64,000 nt of DNA from Limisphaerales bacterium (GCA_965204945.1 OZ242022.1:4245591-4309590); one strand, 5' to 3'. Counted from the first letter of the stretch, positions 9,547-19,273 are shown. Numbers and translations: made by a program. The notes: generated by a model not told the origin, from the sequence alone.

Positions 9547-12258
9547 ATGTTGAATCTTCCCAAAGCGTACGAGCCTCGGAACTTTGAGTCCAAATGGTAT
9601 CGGTTCTGGTTGGAGCGGGATTGTTTTCGGGCGGACGCCGCTTCCGCCAAGCCGCCGTATTCCATCGTCATTCCGCCGCCGAATGTGACCGGTGTCCTTC
9701 ACATCGGCCACGTTCTCAACAACACCATCCAAGACATTTTGGCCCGCAAGGCCCGCATGGAGGGCTTTGAAGTGCTTTGGCTTCCGGGCACTGATCACGC
9801 GGGCATTGCCACGCAGGTAGTTGTGGAAAAGCAGCTCAAAAAGGAGCAAGGCCTCTCTCGACACGATGTGGGGCGCGAGGCGTTTGTCGAAAAGGTTTGG
9901 CAGTGGAAAGAGAAGCATGGAGGCATCATCATCGATCAGCTGAAGAAACTGGGCTGTTCCTGCGACTGGTCCAGGGAACGCTTTACGATGGACGAGGATT
10001 ATTCCCGGACAGTCGCCGAAACCTTTGTGGATCTTTATCGGAAAGGGCAGATTTATCGAGGCCGGCGTATGGTGAACTGGTGTCCCATATCTCGCACCGC
10101 GCTCTCGGACGAAGAAGTGATTATGAAGGAGCAAAAAGGCTTGCTTTACTACTTCAAGGTTGAGATTGAAGAGGAACCCGGCGTTTTTCTGTCTATCGCC
10201 ACCACTCGTCCGGAAACGATACCGGGAGACTCGGCGCTCGCCGTCAACCCGAAGGATCCGAGATATGCCCGTTATGTTGGGAAGCACGTATTGAGGCCTC
10301 TTCCTCGGGAACTACCTTTGGAGAAAAAACGCATTCCCATCGTCGGCGACGAACACGTTGACTTTGAGTTTGGAACCGGCGTGCTTAAGGTTACTCCCGC
10401 TCACGACAAGGCTGATTTTGAGATTGGAGAGCGGCATTCGCTTTCCGTGATTGAAGTCATAGACGAATCGGGAGTGATGAACGCCGCCGCTGGCCAAGAC
10501 TTGCAAGGGATGGATCGCTTCCAAGCCCGTAAAGCCGCCGTCAGGCTTCTTGAAGGCATGGGACTTCTTGAAAAGGAGGAGACTTACGTCAACAACGTTG
10601 GATTCAGCGAGCGGGCGGACGTGCCTATTGAGCCGCGCCTCTCCGAGCAATGGTTCATGAAATATCCCCGCGCTGAGAAGGCCAGAGAGATCGTCGCCTC
10701 CGGCGAGTTGAATTTCTATCCCGCGCGCTGGAAAAAGGTGTACGACCATTGGATGGCAAATCTTCAGGATTGGTGCATCAGCCGCCAACTTTGGTGGGGA
10801 CACCGCATCCCGGTTTGGCATCGCGGCGAAGAGAGGAAGTGCCAAGTGGATTCTCCCGGCGAATGCTGGACGCAGGATCCGGACGTCCTAGACACCTGGT
10901 GTTCTTCTTGGCTTTGGCCCTTTGCAACTATGGATAAGCCGACTCTGGAAAAGTTTTATCCGACCACCGTTCTTGTGACCGCCCCTGAAATCCTCTTCTT
11001 CTGGGTGGCGCGAATGATCATGGCCGGCCTGGAATACAAAGGCGAAAAGCCTTTTGGCGCCGTATGCCTGCACGGCATCGTCCGCGACCGTCGCGGCCGC
11101 AAAATGTCCAAGAGCCTGGGCAACTCGCCCGATCCGCTGGACTTGATTGCCCGGCACGGCGCCGACGCCCTGCGCTTTGGCATTATGCGTTCCACCCCGC
11201 GCGGCCAAGATACCTTGTTTGACGAGCAGAACGTGGCCTTGGGCCGACACTTTTGCAACAAGCTCTGGAACGCCTGCCGGTTTCGACAGATGCAAGGAGG
11301 ACGACGGGCGACGGGCGGCGTCTTGGATGCCTCGCCTTTGTCTTCGGATGACCGGTGGATTCTCCTCAAGCTCGACCGCGCCATTGCCGAAGTCACCGCC
11401 GCCATCCACGAATTCAAACTTAACGAAGCCACGGGCGCGCTCTACCGTTTCTTCTGGAGCGAGTATTGCGATTGGTATCTGGAATCCACCAAAGCCGTGT
11501 TTCAAGGAACAGACGAGCGCCGCAAGGCCGGCACTCTGGCCGTCGCGGACTTTGTGCTGGGCAACACGCTGCGGCTCTTGCATCCGTTTTTGCCCTTTGT
11601 CACTGAAGAATTGTGGCAGGGAATGGGATTCGCCGCCGAGTGTCCAAAAGAGCGAGGAGGCCTCACCATTATGAACGCGCCATGGCCTCAGAAACTGGAT
11701 CCGGATTTTCGAGATCGTCACGGTCTGGACGACTGTTGCGCAGCGTTTGCCGACGCAAAACACGCGCTTGTCCGTGAAGGAAGAAACTTGCGCGCCGCAG
11801 CCGGAATTCCTTCAAACAAAAAAATCCCCTTCCAAATAAAACCATTAAAACCGATCCCAGAACACGACGCCGCCATCCTGCGCATCCTCCTTCGAGCCGA
11901 GTCTCTGCTCTTTGTCTCCGAACTGCCGCCAAGCGCCCCGTCCGTTCGTTCCGAACTCGGCGATCTGTGCCTTCTGACGCAACCCGGCCATTCCGAAGCC
12001 GGCTTTGGCCGAAAATCCAAAGAGATTTTGGAATCGGAAATTGCCCAGCACGCCAAAGAAATCGAGAAAATCCAAAAAGAAATTGACAAAGTGGAAGCCA
12101 AACTGAGCAACCCGAACTTTGTCGCCAAAGCGCCGGCAAAAATCGTTCAAGAACACCAAAAAAGGAAGCAAGCATGGGCCGAAAAACTCGATCAGGCCAA
12201 GAAGAATCAGAAAATTGCGGCTTTAGATTTTCAACCGCATCCCAAAAATAAAGAATAG
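9547..12258 (+). CDS. valS: Valine--tRNA ligase
   Basis: PPPNVTGVLHIGH (HIGH motif), KMSKSLGN (KMSKS motif), C-terminal coiled coil. The ATG at 9547 lies 5 nt after the cimA stop. Confidence 0.95.
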   Translation: MLNLPKAYEPRNFESKWYRFWLERDCFRADAASAKPPYSIVIPPPNVTGVLHIGHVLNNTIQDILARKARMEGFEVLWLPGTDHAGIATQVVVEKQLKKEQGLSRHDVGREAFVEKVWQWKEKHGGIIIDQLKKLGCSCDWSRERFTMDEDYSRTVAETFVDLYRKGQIYRGRRMVNWCPISRTALSDEEVIMKEQKGLLYYFKVEIEEEPGVFLSIATTRPETIPGDSALAVNPKDPRYARYVGKHVLRPLPRELPLEKKRIPIVGDEHVDFEFGTGVLKVTPAHDKADFEIGERHSLSVIEVIDESGVMNAAAGQDLQGMDRFQARKAAVRLLEGMGLLEKEETYVNNVGFSERADVPIEPRLSEQWFMKYPRAEKAREIVASGELNFYPARWKKVYDHWMANLQDWCISRQLWWGHRIPVWHRGEERKCQVDSPGECWTQDPDVLDTWCSSWLWPFATMDKPTLEKFYPTTVLVTAPEILFFWVARMIMAGLEYKGEKPFGAVCLHGIVRDRRGRKMSKSLGNSPDPLDLIARHGADALRFGIMRSTPRGQDTLFDEQNVALGRHFCNKLWNACRFRQMQGGRRATGGVLDASPLSSDDRWILLKLDRAIAEVTAAIHEFKLNEATGALYRFFWSEYCDWYLESTKAVFQGTDERRKAGTLAVADFVLGNTLRLLHPFLPFVTEELWQGMGFAAECPKERGGLTIMNAPWPQKLDPDFRDRHGLDDCCAAFADAKHALVREGRNLRAAAGIPSNKKIPFQIKPLKPIPEHDAAILRILLRAESLLFVSELPPSAPSVRSELGDLCLLTQPGHSEAGFGRKSKEILESEIAQHAKEIEKIQKEIDKVEAKLSNPNFVAKAPAKIVQEHQKRKQAWAEKLDQAKKNQKIAALDFQPHPKNKE

Positions 12259-12298
12259 TCTGTTAATAAATCGTTCCTCAAAGAGGCGTTTTTAAGTT

Positions 12299-12329
12299 GA
12301 ACTGCTAATTTTAAACATTTTAGCAGTTC
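12299..12329 (+). terminator. Perfect 10-bp inverted repeat (GAACTGCTAA / TTAGCAGTTC, 11-nt loop) downstream of valS
   Basis: Read directly. It is preceded by a short CCTC-AAA-GAGG-CGTTTTT hairpin. There is no strong U-tract after the long stem, so terminator function is tentative. Confidence 0.35.
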
Positions 12330-12386
12330 ATTATACAGTTGATTTTCTAATCTACTTGTAATCAATAACTTAAGTGAGTTTTAACA

Positions 12387-13028
12387 ATGCAAAAAATACG
12401 CATTCCTCAAACACCGCCTGAATGGCAGGAATTAATGACCAAGTTAAAGCCGGCGAAAGGGCTGGTCGAGATTCTTTCCCAAATCCAGAACAGCAAAACG
12501 CGAGATTCCTATTTGCATTGGGACGAATTAAGGCATAAAACGCCGCCGCCCGGCATCAGTCACCACGAATGGTGGTTTGGGGTGAAGCTCTCCCGATTTT
12601 GAACAACTACTTAACGATGGAGAGAATTCAAGAACTCAAATCCTCGCCGCTCACTCGGGATCTGGTTTTTGAAATTCACAAACTTGTAACGGAAAAAACT
12701 TTGAACGACCCAACTGCCTCGGGGAGGTTTCGTCGACCGGACGAAGTGATAGAAGTCGGAAACGATTACGGGAATGTTTACCACTCACCGCCCCCAGCAG
12801 AGGAACTCTCCAAACGCATGAAACAAATGTGGGCTTTTGCTAACGCTACACCTTTGCCAGCCTGCCATGAGTCACAAAGTCGCACCGCTAACCGCGCGGA
12901 CGGACTTGATGAAGTTGGGCCAACGAGGCCTGCTCAAGAGAGGAAAAAACGGCAGAAGAATCGTCTTTTTTGCTCCCGCTGACTTATCCTCACGATTAAA
13001 AAAACTTCCGGAGAAAATGGCGAAATAA
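12387..13028 (+). pseudogene. Fic-family protein remnant: three frames, two internal deletions, HPFxDGNGR core missing
   Basis: The N-terminal segment reads YLHWDELRHKTPPPGISHHEWWFGVKLSR. The middle segment reads ILNNYLTMERIQELKSSPLTRDLVFEIHKLVTEKTLNDPTASGRFR...HSPPPAEELSKRMKQMWAFANA. The C-terminal wHTH segment reads SHKVAPLTARTDLMKLGQRGLLKRGKNGRRIVFFAP. Confidence 0.75.
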
Positions 13029-13099
13029 GCCCCGATTTGGAAACTGCCAAACAAAATCCCCTCTCCCGTCGCGGCGAAAGTGTTTGTATGAGAAATTGC

Positions 13100-13175
13100 T
13101 GGTACTCCCGCCGGGACTCGAACCCAGATCGACGGTTTAGGAAACCGCTGCTCTATCCGCTTGAGCTACGGAAGC
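13100..13175 (-). tRNA. tRNA-Arg, anticodon CCU
   Basis: Hand-folded cloverleaf: GCTTCCG-TA-GCTC-AAGCGGATA-GAGC-A-GCGGT-TTCCTAA-ACCGT-CGAT-CTGGG-TTCGAGT-CCCGG-CGGGAGT-A-CCA. Pair 1-72 is G-U. Confidence 0.85.
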
Positions 13176-13253
13176 GTGCCATTGAACTTTTTAGCTTATC
13201 AAATTGCGGCAAAACAACGAAGAAAATTCTCCAGCGAAGCGAGGCAAGAGCCG

Positions 13254-15722
13254 TTAACGCCTCGGCGCAAGCGGGAATTTTTTCCCAGATCGAGTGGTAA
13301 TTTCAGAAGCGCGCCGAGAAAATGTGAGTTTCACGGCACCGTCTACGCCGGTGAAGAGGACTTGGACGTTTTTAGAACGAAAATGACGACGGATGGATCG
13401 GACCCAACGCTCGCCGTTTTGGTTGTGGCTTCCCGTGACGACAATCACTTGAGGCTCCAGTTGCCCAAGAACGTGCAAATTGGGCGGTTGGCGATCTGCC
13501 GGCAAACCAAGGCTGATAAAGTCCGCCTTCAAATCAGGTTGCCGATTGAGGAGTTCTTTTTGACTCTCGCGATTCAGGTCGGAGAGGAGGAGGATTTTCA
13601 AGCCGTGAAGCTCGCCAAAAAGCACCAAAGGAGCGCTATCGGCCGGGCTTGGGTCGTCGCCAGCGCGCGGATGAAGAATCTGCCAATCGCCGATTCGATC
13701 CTTGGCGGTTCGCTGGTGAATGGGAACGCCTTCGGCGCGGAGTTGTTGAATGAGGCCGCGATAAAAAGAAGACCGAAAGGCAAGCGGACTAATGACAACT
13801 TGGTCGGGAGGTTTTTGTTGGAAGAGTTGGGAAAGAGCTTCCAAATGCTGTTTGTCGCCGTGAGTCAGGAGGTGGTTTCGATAGCGGGCGCTCGGCGGTT
13901 GATTGCGCAGGAACGGCTCCAGAATGAAGGAGGAACACCACTTTGGCCTGCCGTCGATGAGCCAGTCGTTTTGAGCGCCGGGAGTGTCAATGCTAACCGC
14001 GTCGCCTCCGGGAATGGGAAGAATCGAAATGGTTGTGCGGTGTTTGCCGGCAAGGAAACTGTCGCCCAAAATTCCCAAAATGGCGGCGGCGCACGCAGCG
14101 ATAAAAATCTTTTTCCCGCGAGAAGGAGGCGCGAGAGCGAACGTTGCCAGAGCCAAGTAGTAAAGGAAAACACAAGACAGAGGCGGCCTTGAAATCTCGA
14201 ACCAAGCCAACGGCAAGCCGGCAGAGGTTTTGCAAGTTTTGATCATAATCGTCATCCAAAGCCAAGCGCTGGAGTTTGCCAACGACGCCACTGCGGGCGC
14301 CCATGCCGCCGTTGCCAAAGCAAGCCAAGCGCTCGCCATCACAAGAGGCGCCAAAAAAAGCACCAAAATAAAATTGACGAGCAGAGAAACCGGCGTGAAC
14401 AAATTGAAATACCACATGATGAGAGGGAGCGAGCCCAACCAAGCAATCGCGGAAACAGCGAAGCAACGGCCAATGTTCCCAATCCATCGGCGAGCGAACC
14501 GCCGCCAGTTCGATGGATAAGATTGGGGAACCAGTTCGTCATCGCGAAACCACGCTCTGCTCCAATCCACCAACGGTCGGCAAAAAACCACAATCGCGCT
14601 AACAATCACAAACGAAAGCTGAAAGCCCGGTTGGAAAACCTGAAGCGGATCCCAAAACAAAAGAAGCAACGCGGCCGCGCCAATGGAATTGAGAGACTCC
14701 GGCGGCCTCTTCCACATCCAGCCGAGAAGAATCACGCAAGCCATCGTAGTTGCCCGAACCGCGGAAGCGGGAAAACCAGTCACCGCAGTGTAAAACCAAA
14801 GGCAGGGAATGCATACCACTCCCATCCAGCGCCGAGGAATCCCGCAACATTTGGCCGCCAGCGCCAGCATAGTCGCAACCAACATCACGTGCAGGCCGCT
14901 AATCGCAAAGACGTGAAAAGTGCCCGATTGAACGAACGGTTTGCGCAGCTCGTTCGTCAATCCTGCGCGCCAACCGAGAACCATTGCCCAAATGAGCTGC
15001 GTCGATTCGTCTCTGCGAGGTTGTCCAATGGTCAACGCCCGTCGCGCCCAATCTTGAAAGCGAGAGGGAAGCGGCCGCGTCGTCATCGGTTCCAAAAGGC
15101 TCGCCTTCGAATTCCAATCCCGAATCGTCATCACATAGGGAATGCCTTGATAGCGGAGAATCTTGCGGAAATCGAACTGCCCTTCCACCAGAGATTGCCG
15201 GGGAGGGGCGAGGATTCCCGCCAACCGAATCCGTTGCCCCCGATGAACGCCGGCCATCGGCGCGGCGTTGACTTGAACGCGGACGCGTCCATAGGCCGTT
15301 TGCCAGCGCGACTGCAAACAGATGCGCGAAACCTTCAAGTCCAATTGAGTTTGAATCCGCTTGCTCGATGCGGAGTGGGAGACTCTGCTTTGCGGACGAG
15401 AAACAACGGTGCCTTCTATTTCGCAAAGCCGGGCGCGCTCACCGATGAGGAGACGAAGATCGTGAGGAAGCCTTATCGCCGTATGATGGCGGTGAAGAAA
15501 CCAGCCCAACAGCAACATAGCGCAGGCGATTCCAAGCAGGCGCGCCGGCAGACGAACGGCCAGCATTGTGCCAAGGAAAACAGCCAAAGCGCCGGCCAAG
15601 AGCCAAGGATTCAAAATGAATTCCCCAGCAAGGATGCCAAGAATCAGCAAGGCGGCGAGAAACGCGCAGGGACGCCTGCGGACTTCCAGTTCGGGAAAGA
15701 ATTTTGCGCCTTTTCCCGCCAT
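13254..15722 (-). CDS. comEC: DNA internalisation competence protein ComEC/Rec2 (TM domain plus metallo-beta-lactamase domain)
   Basis: 822 aa with many TM helices and a C-terminal LLTHGDKQH beta-lactamase-fold motif. Confidence 0.85.
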   Translation of the reverse strand: MAGKGAKFFPELEVRRRPCAFLAALLILGILAGEFILNPWLLAGALAVFLGTMLAVRLPARLLGIACAMLLLGWFLHRHHTAIRLPHDLRLLIGERARLCEIEGTVVSRPQSRVSHSASSKRIQTQLDLKVSRICLQSRWQTAYGRVRVQVNAAPMAGVHRGQRIRLAGILAPPRQSLVEGQFDFRKILRYQGIPYVMTIRDWNSKASLLEPMTTRPLPSRFQDWARRALTIGQPRRDESTQLIWAMVLGWRAGLTNELRKPFVQSGTFHVFAISGLHVMLVATMLALAAKCCGIPRRWMGVVCIPCLWFYTAVTGFPASAVRATTMACVILLGWMWKRPPESLNSIGAAALLLLFWDPLQVFQPGFQLSFVIVSAIVVFCRPLVDWSRAWFRDDELVPQSYPSNWRRFARRWIGNIGRCFAVSAIAWLGSLPLIMWYFNLFTPVSLLVNFILVLFLAPLVMASAWLALATAAWAPAVASLANSSAWLWMTIMIKTCKTSAGLPLAWFEISRPPLSCVFLYYLALATFALAPPSRGKKIFIAACAAAILGILGDSFLAGKHRTTISILPIPGGDAVSIDTPGAQNDWLIDGRPKWCSSFILEPFLRNQPPSARYRNHLLTHGDKQHLEALSQLFQQKPPDQVVISPLAFRSSFYRGLIQQLRAEGVPIHQRTAKDRIGDWQILHPRAGDDPSPADSAPLVLFGELHGLKILLLSDLNRESQKELLNRQPDLKADFISLGLPADRQPPNLHVLGQLEPQVIVVTGSHNQNGERWVRSIRRHFRSKNVQVLFTGVDGAVKLTFSRRASEITTRSGKKFPLAPRR

Positions 15723-16028
15723 ATTGCGGGCAGTGGTAGGATGCTCAAAAAGAAGCCAACAAACGCGGATAAGGGATTAAACAAGAGCCAAACGAGCGAC
15801 GACCGCCGCCGCTTGACTTTGCTTTCTCAAGCGGTTGTTTCCATAGATAGCCGAGTGCGTTGTGTGCGTTCATGGTGTAATTACTTCTAATAGGACTGTT
15901 TCTCTTATGGATTTTTCTATATTGTTTAATTTCCTCACCGTCGTTTGGGTAACTAATGCCGAGACTTCAATCCCTTTGATTGTTTCGCAGATAGCAGTTC
16001 TATTTTAAATTCTTCTTTTATTGTCATT

Positions 16029-18755
16029 TCAAAAGAGTTCTGGGTTGGTTGGTTCTGAATTAGCGTGGTAACGCTTGCCAGTGACCATTGGCTCTTGGGC
16101 GAGCAAGTGCCGGGCTTTTATACATAAATTTTCATCAAAGCCGGTGTGTTTGCAAACGGCTTTGTCTATCTCTATCTGCACGTGGCAATTATGCGCTTCG
16201 GGCAATCGTTTGCGCGGCTGTTTACACCATTCATCATAAACCTCCGCTAACGCATGAAACGCAGACGGCTTCATGCCAAATAATAAGGGCATCGGAATGC
16301 GGTTGAAATTTTCTGTTGGAAATTGAACATAAGAAATATCTCTGTTCGCTCTTGCTAATATCATTCCCACTTTGGCGGGCGTGCTATTGAGGAGGAGGCA
16401 GACGGCTTTCTCCACCGTCTCTTTATCCACATCGGGGATGTTCACCACAACTTCGGCGCTATACCACTCACTTCCAACTGATGAGATAGTAGTTCGGCAG
16501 GCAAAGTTTTTGATGGTTGTCAATCGGACTCGTTCAGAAATTTTCAATCGGCTAGCTTTTTGCAAAGCATTGACAAAATTCGGTTTGTCTTTCTTTGGTT
16601 TTACATGGCAGTCCGGCTTGACTTCCATTTTATCGCAGTAGTTGGTTTTGTGCGAGTATAGGCAAGGCGTGGCGTGCATCTCTCTGGGATCGCATTTTTG
16701 CGCGCCAATCCTAATAATTGCTCCCCTCGTTTTGATCTTGACTTGATCCTCTAAAGTGCTTGTCCAGTATGTTGGGATTTCTAAGGCGATGCGATAGAGT
16801 TCGTTGCTGAGAAACTGCGTGGCGCTCCAATCTCCCTTTGCCATGTTTGCCGGGCTGATGTTATCCACTTCGCCCCATTCCTGTCCTTCTCCGTCTAAGA
16901 TTTGGCTGGCGCATTGCACGGCATCCCATTCGGTGGCCGGATTGTCGGCCAACTTGATGACTTTGGTTGGCCTTGGAGTCTTCTTTTTGCGCTCCAAAAC
17001 TAATAGCATTTCGCTAATGCTCGTGTTGCCTGAGAAGAAGGTTCGCGTTGGATCATAAGAAACGATGATGTATTGGATATGAAAGTGTTTAGGCAACCAG
17101 ATTCGAGCGTCATAAGATGACACACCAGATGTAATTGTAGATGGCAAGACGATGCCCGCTTTGCCGGTTTTCGGGTCAATGTATTTATGGGTTAGCGGAA
17201 TGAATGCTGTCGAGTTGCCAGCCGCAGTCATCGCCGGGTTGATTTGCCGAAAATATCTCTCTCTTTCCCGCAGTTTTTTCTGCACTTCTGGTTTCTTATG
17301 TTTGTTCCTTTTCTCTCTGATCGTATAAGGCGGATTCATAATGGCGAAGTCAAACTTATCGCATTCCAGTTTTTGCTCCGGGCTGTCTAGCTTTTTAGCA
17401 ATGATCGGCGGATTGAAGACTAGATCATCCATTCCTCGCAGCATTTCTAGCGAGCCTAATCGGGCTTCGGTTTCTCCTTCCGGGACGCCGAGCATCATGC
17501 TTCGCAGTTGGGTGTTTTCAAATTTTACGCCGGGGGCGATCATTCCCAATCCGGCGGCGGTTTGGAAGACGGCGCGGTTGTTAATGTCAAAGCCATAGAG
17601 CATTTGCTCGAATAAGGCTTTGGCTACTTCGGGGTTCTGCTTTGTCTTTTGCAGGATGTAGTTGGCGCAAGCAATCAATAACGTTCCAGAACCGCAGGCA
17701 AAGTCCACGATGCGCAGGTTTTTGACTTGGTCGAGGTTTTTCCATTTGATGTTCGCTTTATGGAACATCAGGTGCGTTAGCATAGTGGCGGCGGGGAGAG
17801 TGGTATACATGGCTCCTTCCTGCTTAGCGGCCGCTATGGAGTTGCAAAAGCTGATGCCCACGAGGTCGTGGTGATGCGCGCCTTTGGCGCTCTGAATATC
17901 GTGGGCGGTTTGCGCAAGCCTTTTGACGGCGTCGTTGCTGCGATGACTGACAGTCAATGCTTTCAGGATGGCGCAGTTCCATTCTAATATGTCTTTGTAA
18001 TCCACATCCAGCCATTTGGCGTAGGCGTCCTTGAGGCTGGCGATGATGTTTTCGGAGTCGATGCACTCTTGCAATGTTGGCGGGCGGGCGGCTTTTTTGC
18101 GGAATTGGGGGATGAGGTGGATGATGTCGTCTAGTTTGGTATGGAACATGAAGACGGTCAGCAAATCGATCAGCAATCCTTGGAAGTCGGTTTCCGCCGC
18201 CGCTTCGCCGAGTTTATGCATGATAGAGTCGGCGTTTTCGGAGAGCTTTTGGAAGGCTTCGTGGACGGCGATTTCAGCGTCTTTGGCTAGGTCTTCCGGT
18301 TGGCCGAGTTCGCTGGGAAGGCTTCGGATGAGGGCGGGCAAGTCTTTGACGTCGTAGTCTTTCCATTTTTTCCATTTTGGCGACTTCTGCTTGCTGCGGA
18401 TGCGGAGCGGCGTTCGCACGGAAACTCTCACCTTTCCATGTTCAAGGTGGTCTTGGTTTTCAATCTGGTCGGGATAGATGAGAGCGAGGGCGCCGTCGCA
18501 GAAGCGTTTGCCGGCTTTGTTGAAGATTAGCTCGTCGGCTTGGCGGACGGAGGCTTGTTTGTTGGCGCCCAGTTTGATACCCCAACCGCGTTTGGCCTCG
18601 ATGCCGATGGTGTAGCCTTGGACGTCGAAACAGACAAGGTCGACTAATCGTCGTTTGCCTTTGTCGTATTTGAAGGGGTGTTCGACTCCCGTTTTGATTC
18701 CCGCTTTCCGCAGGATCTCAGCGAGGTAAGCAGTCAATGCATTTTCGTTAGCCAT
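16029..18755 (-). CDS. Fused PD-(D/E)xK nuclease / gamma-class N6-adenine DNA methyltransferase / putative target-recognition region (type IIG, MmeI-like layout, 908 aa)
   Basis: N-terminus is VEHP...RRLVDLVCFDVQGYTIGIEAKRG, an E..D..ExK pattern. Motif I is RIVDFACGSGTLLIACANYI and motif IV is FDFAIMNPPYT. About 400 aa of C-terminal sequence is unassigned. Confidence 0.75.
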   Translation of the reverse strand: MANENALTAYLAEILRKAGIKTGVEHPFKYDKGKRRLVDLVCFDVQGYTIGIEAKRGWGIKLGANKQASVRQADELIFNKAGKRFCDGALALIYPDQIENQDHLEHGKVRVSVRTPLRIRSKQKSPKWKKWKDYDVKDLPALIRSLPSELGQPEDLAKDAEIAVHEAFQKLSENADSIMHKLGEAAAETDFQGLLIDLLTVFMFHTKLDDIIHLIPQFRKKAARPPTLQECIDSENIIASLKDAYAKWLDVDYKDILEWNCAILKALTVSHRSNDAVKRLAQTAHDIQSAKGAHHHDLVGISFCNSIAAAKQEGAMYTTLPAATMLTHLMFHKANIKWKNLDQVKNLRIVDFACGSGTLLIACANYILQKTKQNPEVAKALFEQMLYGFDINNRAVFQTAAGLGMIAPGVKFENTQLRSMMLGVPEGETEARLGSLEMLRGMDDLVFNPPIIAKKLDSPEQKLECDKFDFAIMNPPYTIREKRNKHKKPEVQKKLRERERYFRQINPAMTAAGNSTAFIPLTHKYIDPKTGKAGIVLPSTITSGVSSYDARIWLPKHFHIQYIIVSYDPTRTFFSGNTSISEMLLVLERKKKTPRPTKVIKLADNPATEWDAVQCASQILDGEGQEWGEVDNISPANMAKGDWSATQFLSNELYRIALEIPTYWTSTLEDQVKIKTRGAIIRIGAQKCDPREMHATPCLYSHKTNYCDKMEVKPDCHVKPKKDKPNFVNALQKASRLKISERVRLTTIKNFACRTTISSVGSEWYSAEVVVNIPDVDKETVEKAVCLLLNSTPAKVGMILARANRDISYVQFPTENFNRIPMPLLFGMKPSAFHALAEVYDEWCKQPRKRLPEAHNCHVQIEIDKAVCKHTGFDENLCIKARHLLAQEPMVTGKRYHANSEPTNPELF

Positions 18756-19154
18756 TTACTGTTTCTGTTCGCGCCGCGACTCTTCCTCCACGGTCGCCAT
18801 TCTTGCCGCCTCGGCTTGTTGTTGGATTGCTTGGTGGTTTGCTTGCTGTTGTTGGGCGAATGCTATGTTGGCTAATTCTTCCGGCGTAGGATGAGGCAGA
18901 GGAACAGCGGGCGCAGGATCGGGGTCGGGATAGGGCGACGGTTCGGTGGTGGCCGTTGCCCCCATTTCTTGCATTATTCGGGCGTATTCGGTAGCCTTGG
19001 CTTGCTCTCGTTCGGCTCGCCGTTGTCTGCGAGAATTCCCTTGGTGCTTGTCCGGATGCCAGATGGAAACCAAGTCTCGCCAAGCCTCCTGCGCTTCTGA
19101 AAGAGACGCATTCCTGCTTAATTCAAGCGTTTGATATGCCTCGTCTAGTGTCAT
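18756..19154 (-). CDS. J-domain (DnaJ-like) protein, 132 aa, with a Pro/Gln-rich tail
   Basis: MTLDEAYQTLELSRNASLSEAQEAWRDLVSIWHPDKHQGN contains the HPD tripeptide. Its TAA stop (18758..18756) is directly followed by the ATG (18755) of the methyltransferase gene. Confidence 0.8.
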   Translation of the reverse strand: MTLDEAYQTLELSRNASLSEAQEAWRDLVSIWHPDKHQGNSRRQRRAEREQAKATEYARIMQEMGATATTEPSPYPDPDPAPAVPLPHPTPEELANIAFAQQQQANHQAIQQQAEAARMATVEEESRREQKQ

Positions 19155-19273
19155 TTCAGTTCAGTTCGTATCGTTAAGTTGGCTTCGCAAGTGGCAGAAA
19201 CTTTGCCCGACTGGATAAGGTCAAGGATGGCTTGCTCGTTGTTTGTTGTGCTTGCAGGCACGGCGGCGTGTTT

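Noticed and set aside
8256-9671. Long antisense ORFs opposite real genes. Examples: 8256..9671 opposite cimA, 9505..10287 and 10888..11763 opposite valS, 13161..14192 and 14523..15890 opposite comEC, 37240..38322 opposite the TPR gene, 48829..50073 opposite lpxI, 52135..53130 opposite the ilvD-family gene, 58262..59419 opposite the oxidoreductase.
   Set aside because: Their translations are Arg/Pro/Gly/Ala-rich low-complexity sequences with no motifs, and the opposite strand carries clearly recognisable proteins. These are typical shadow ORFs of GC-rich coding DNA.
15723-19273. Search for island borders (direct repeats, att sites, integrase) around the J-domain/type IIG pair, and likewise around 30.5..39.3 kb.
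   Set aside because: By eye I found no flanking direct repeats and no recombinase genes. The patches cannot be called mobile elements from this window.
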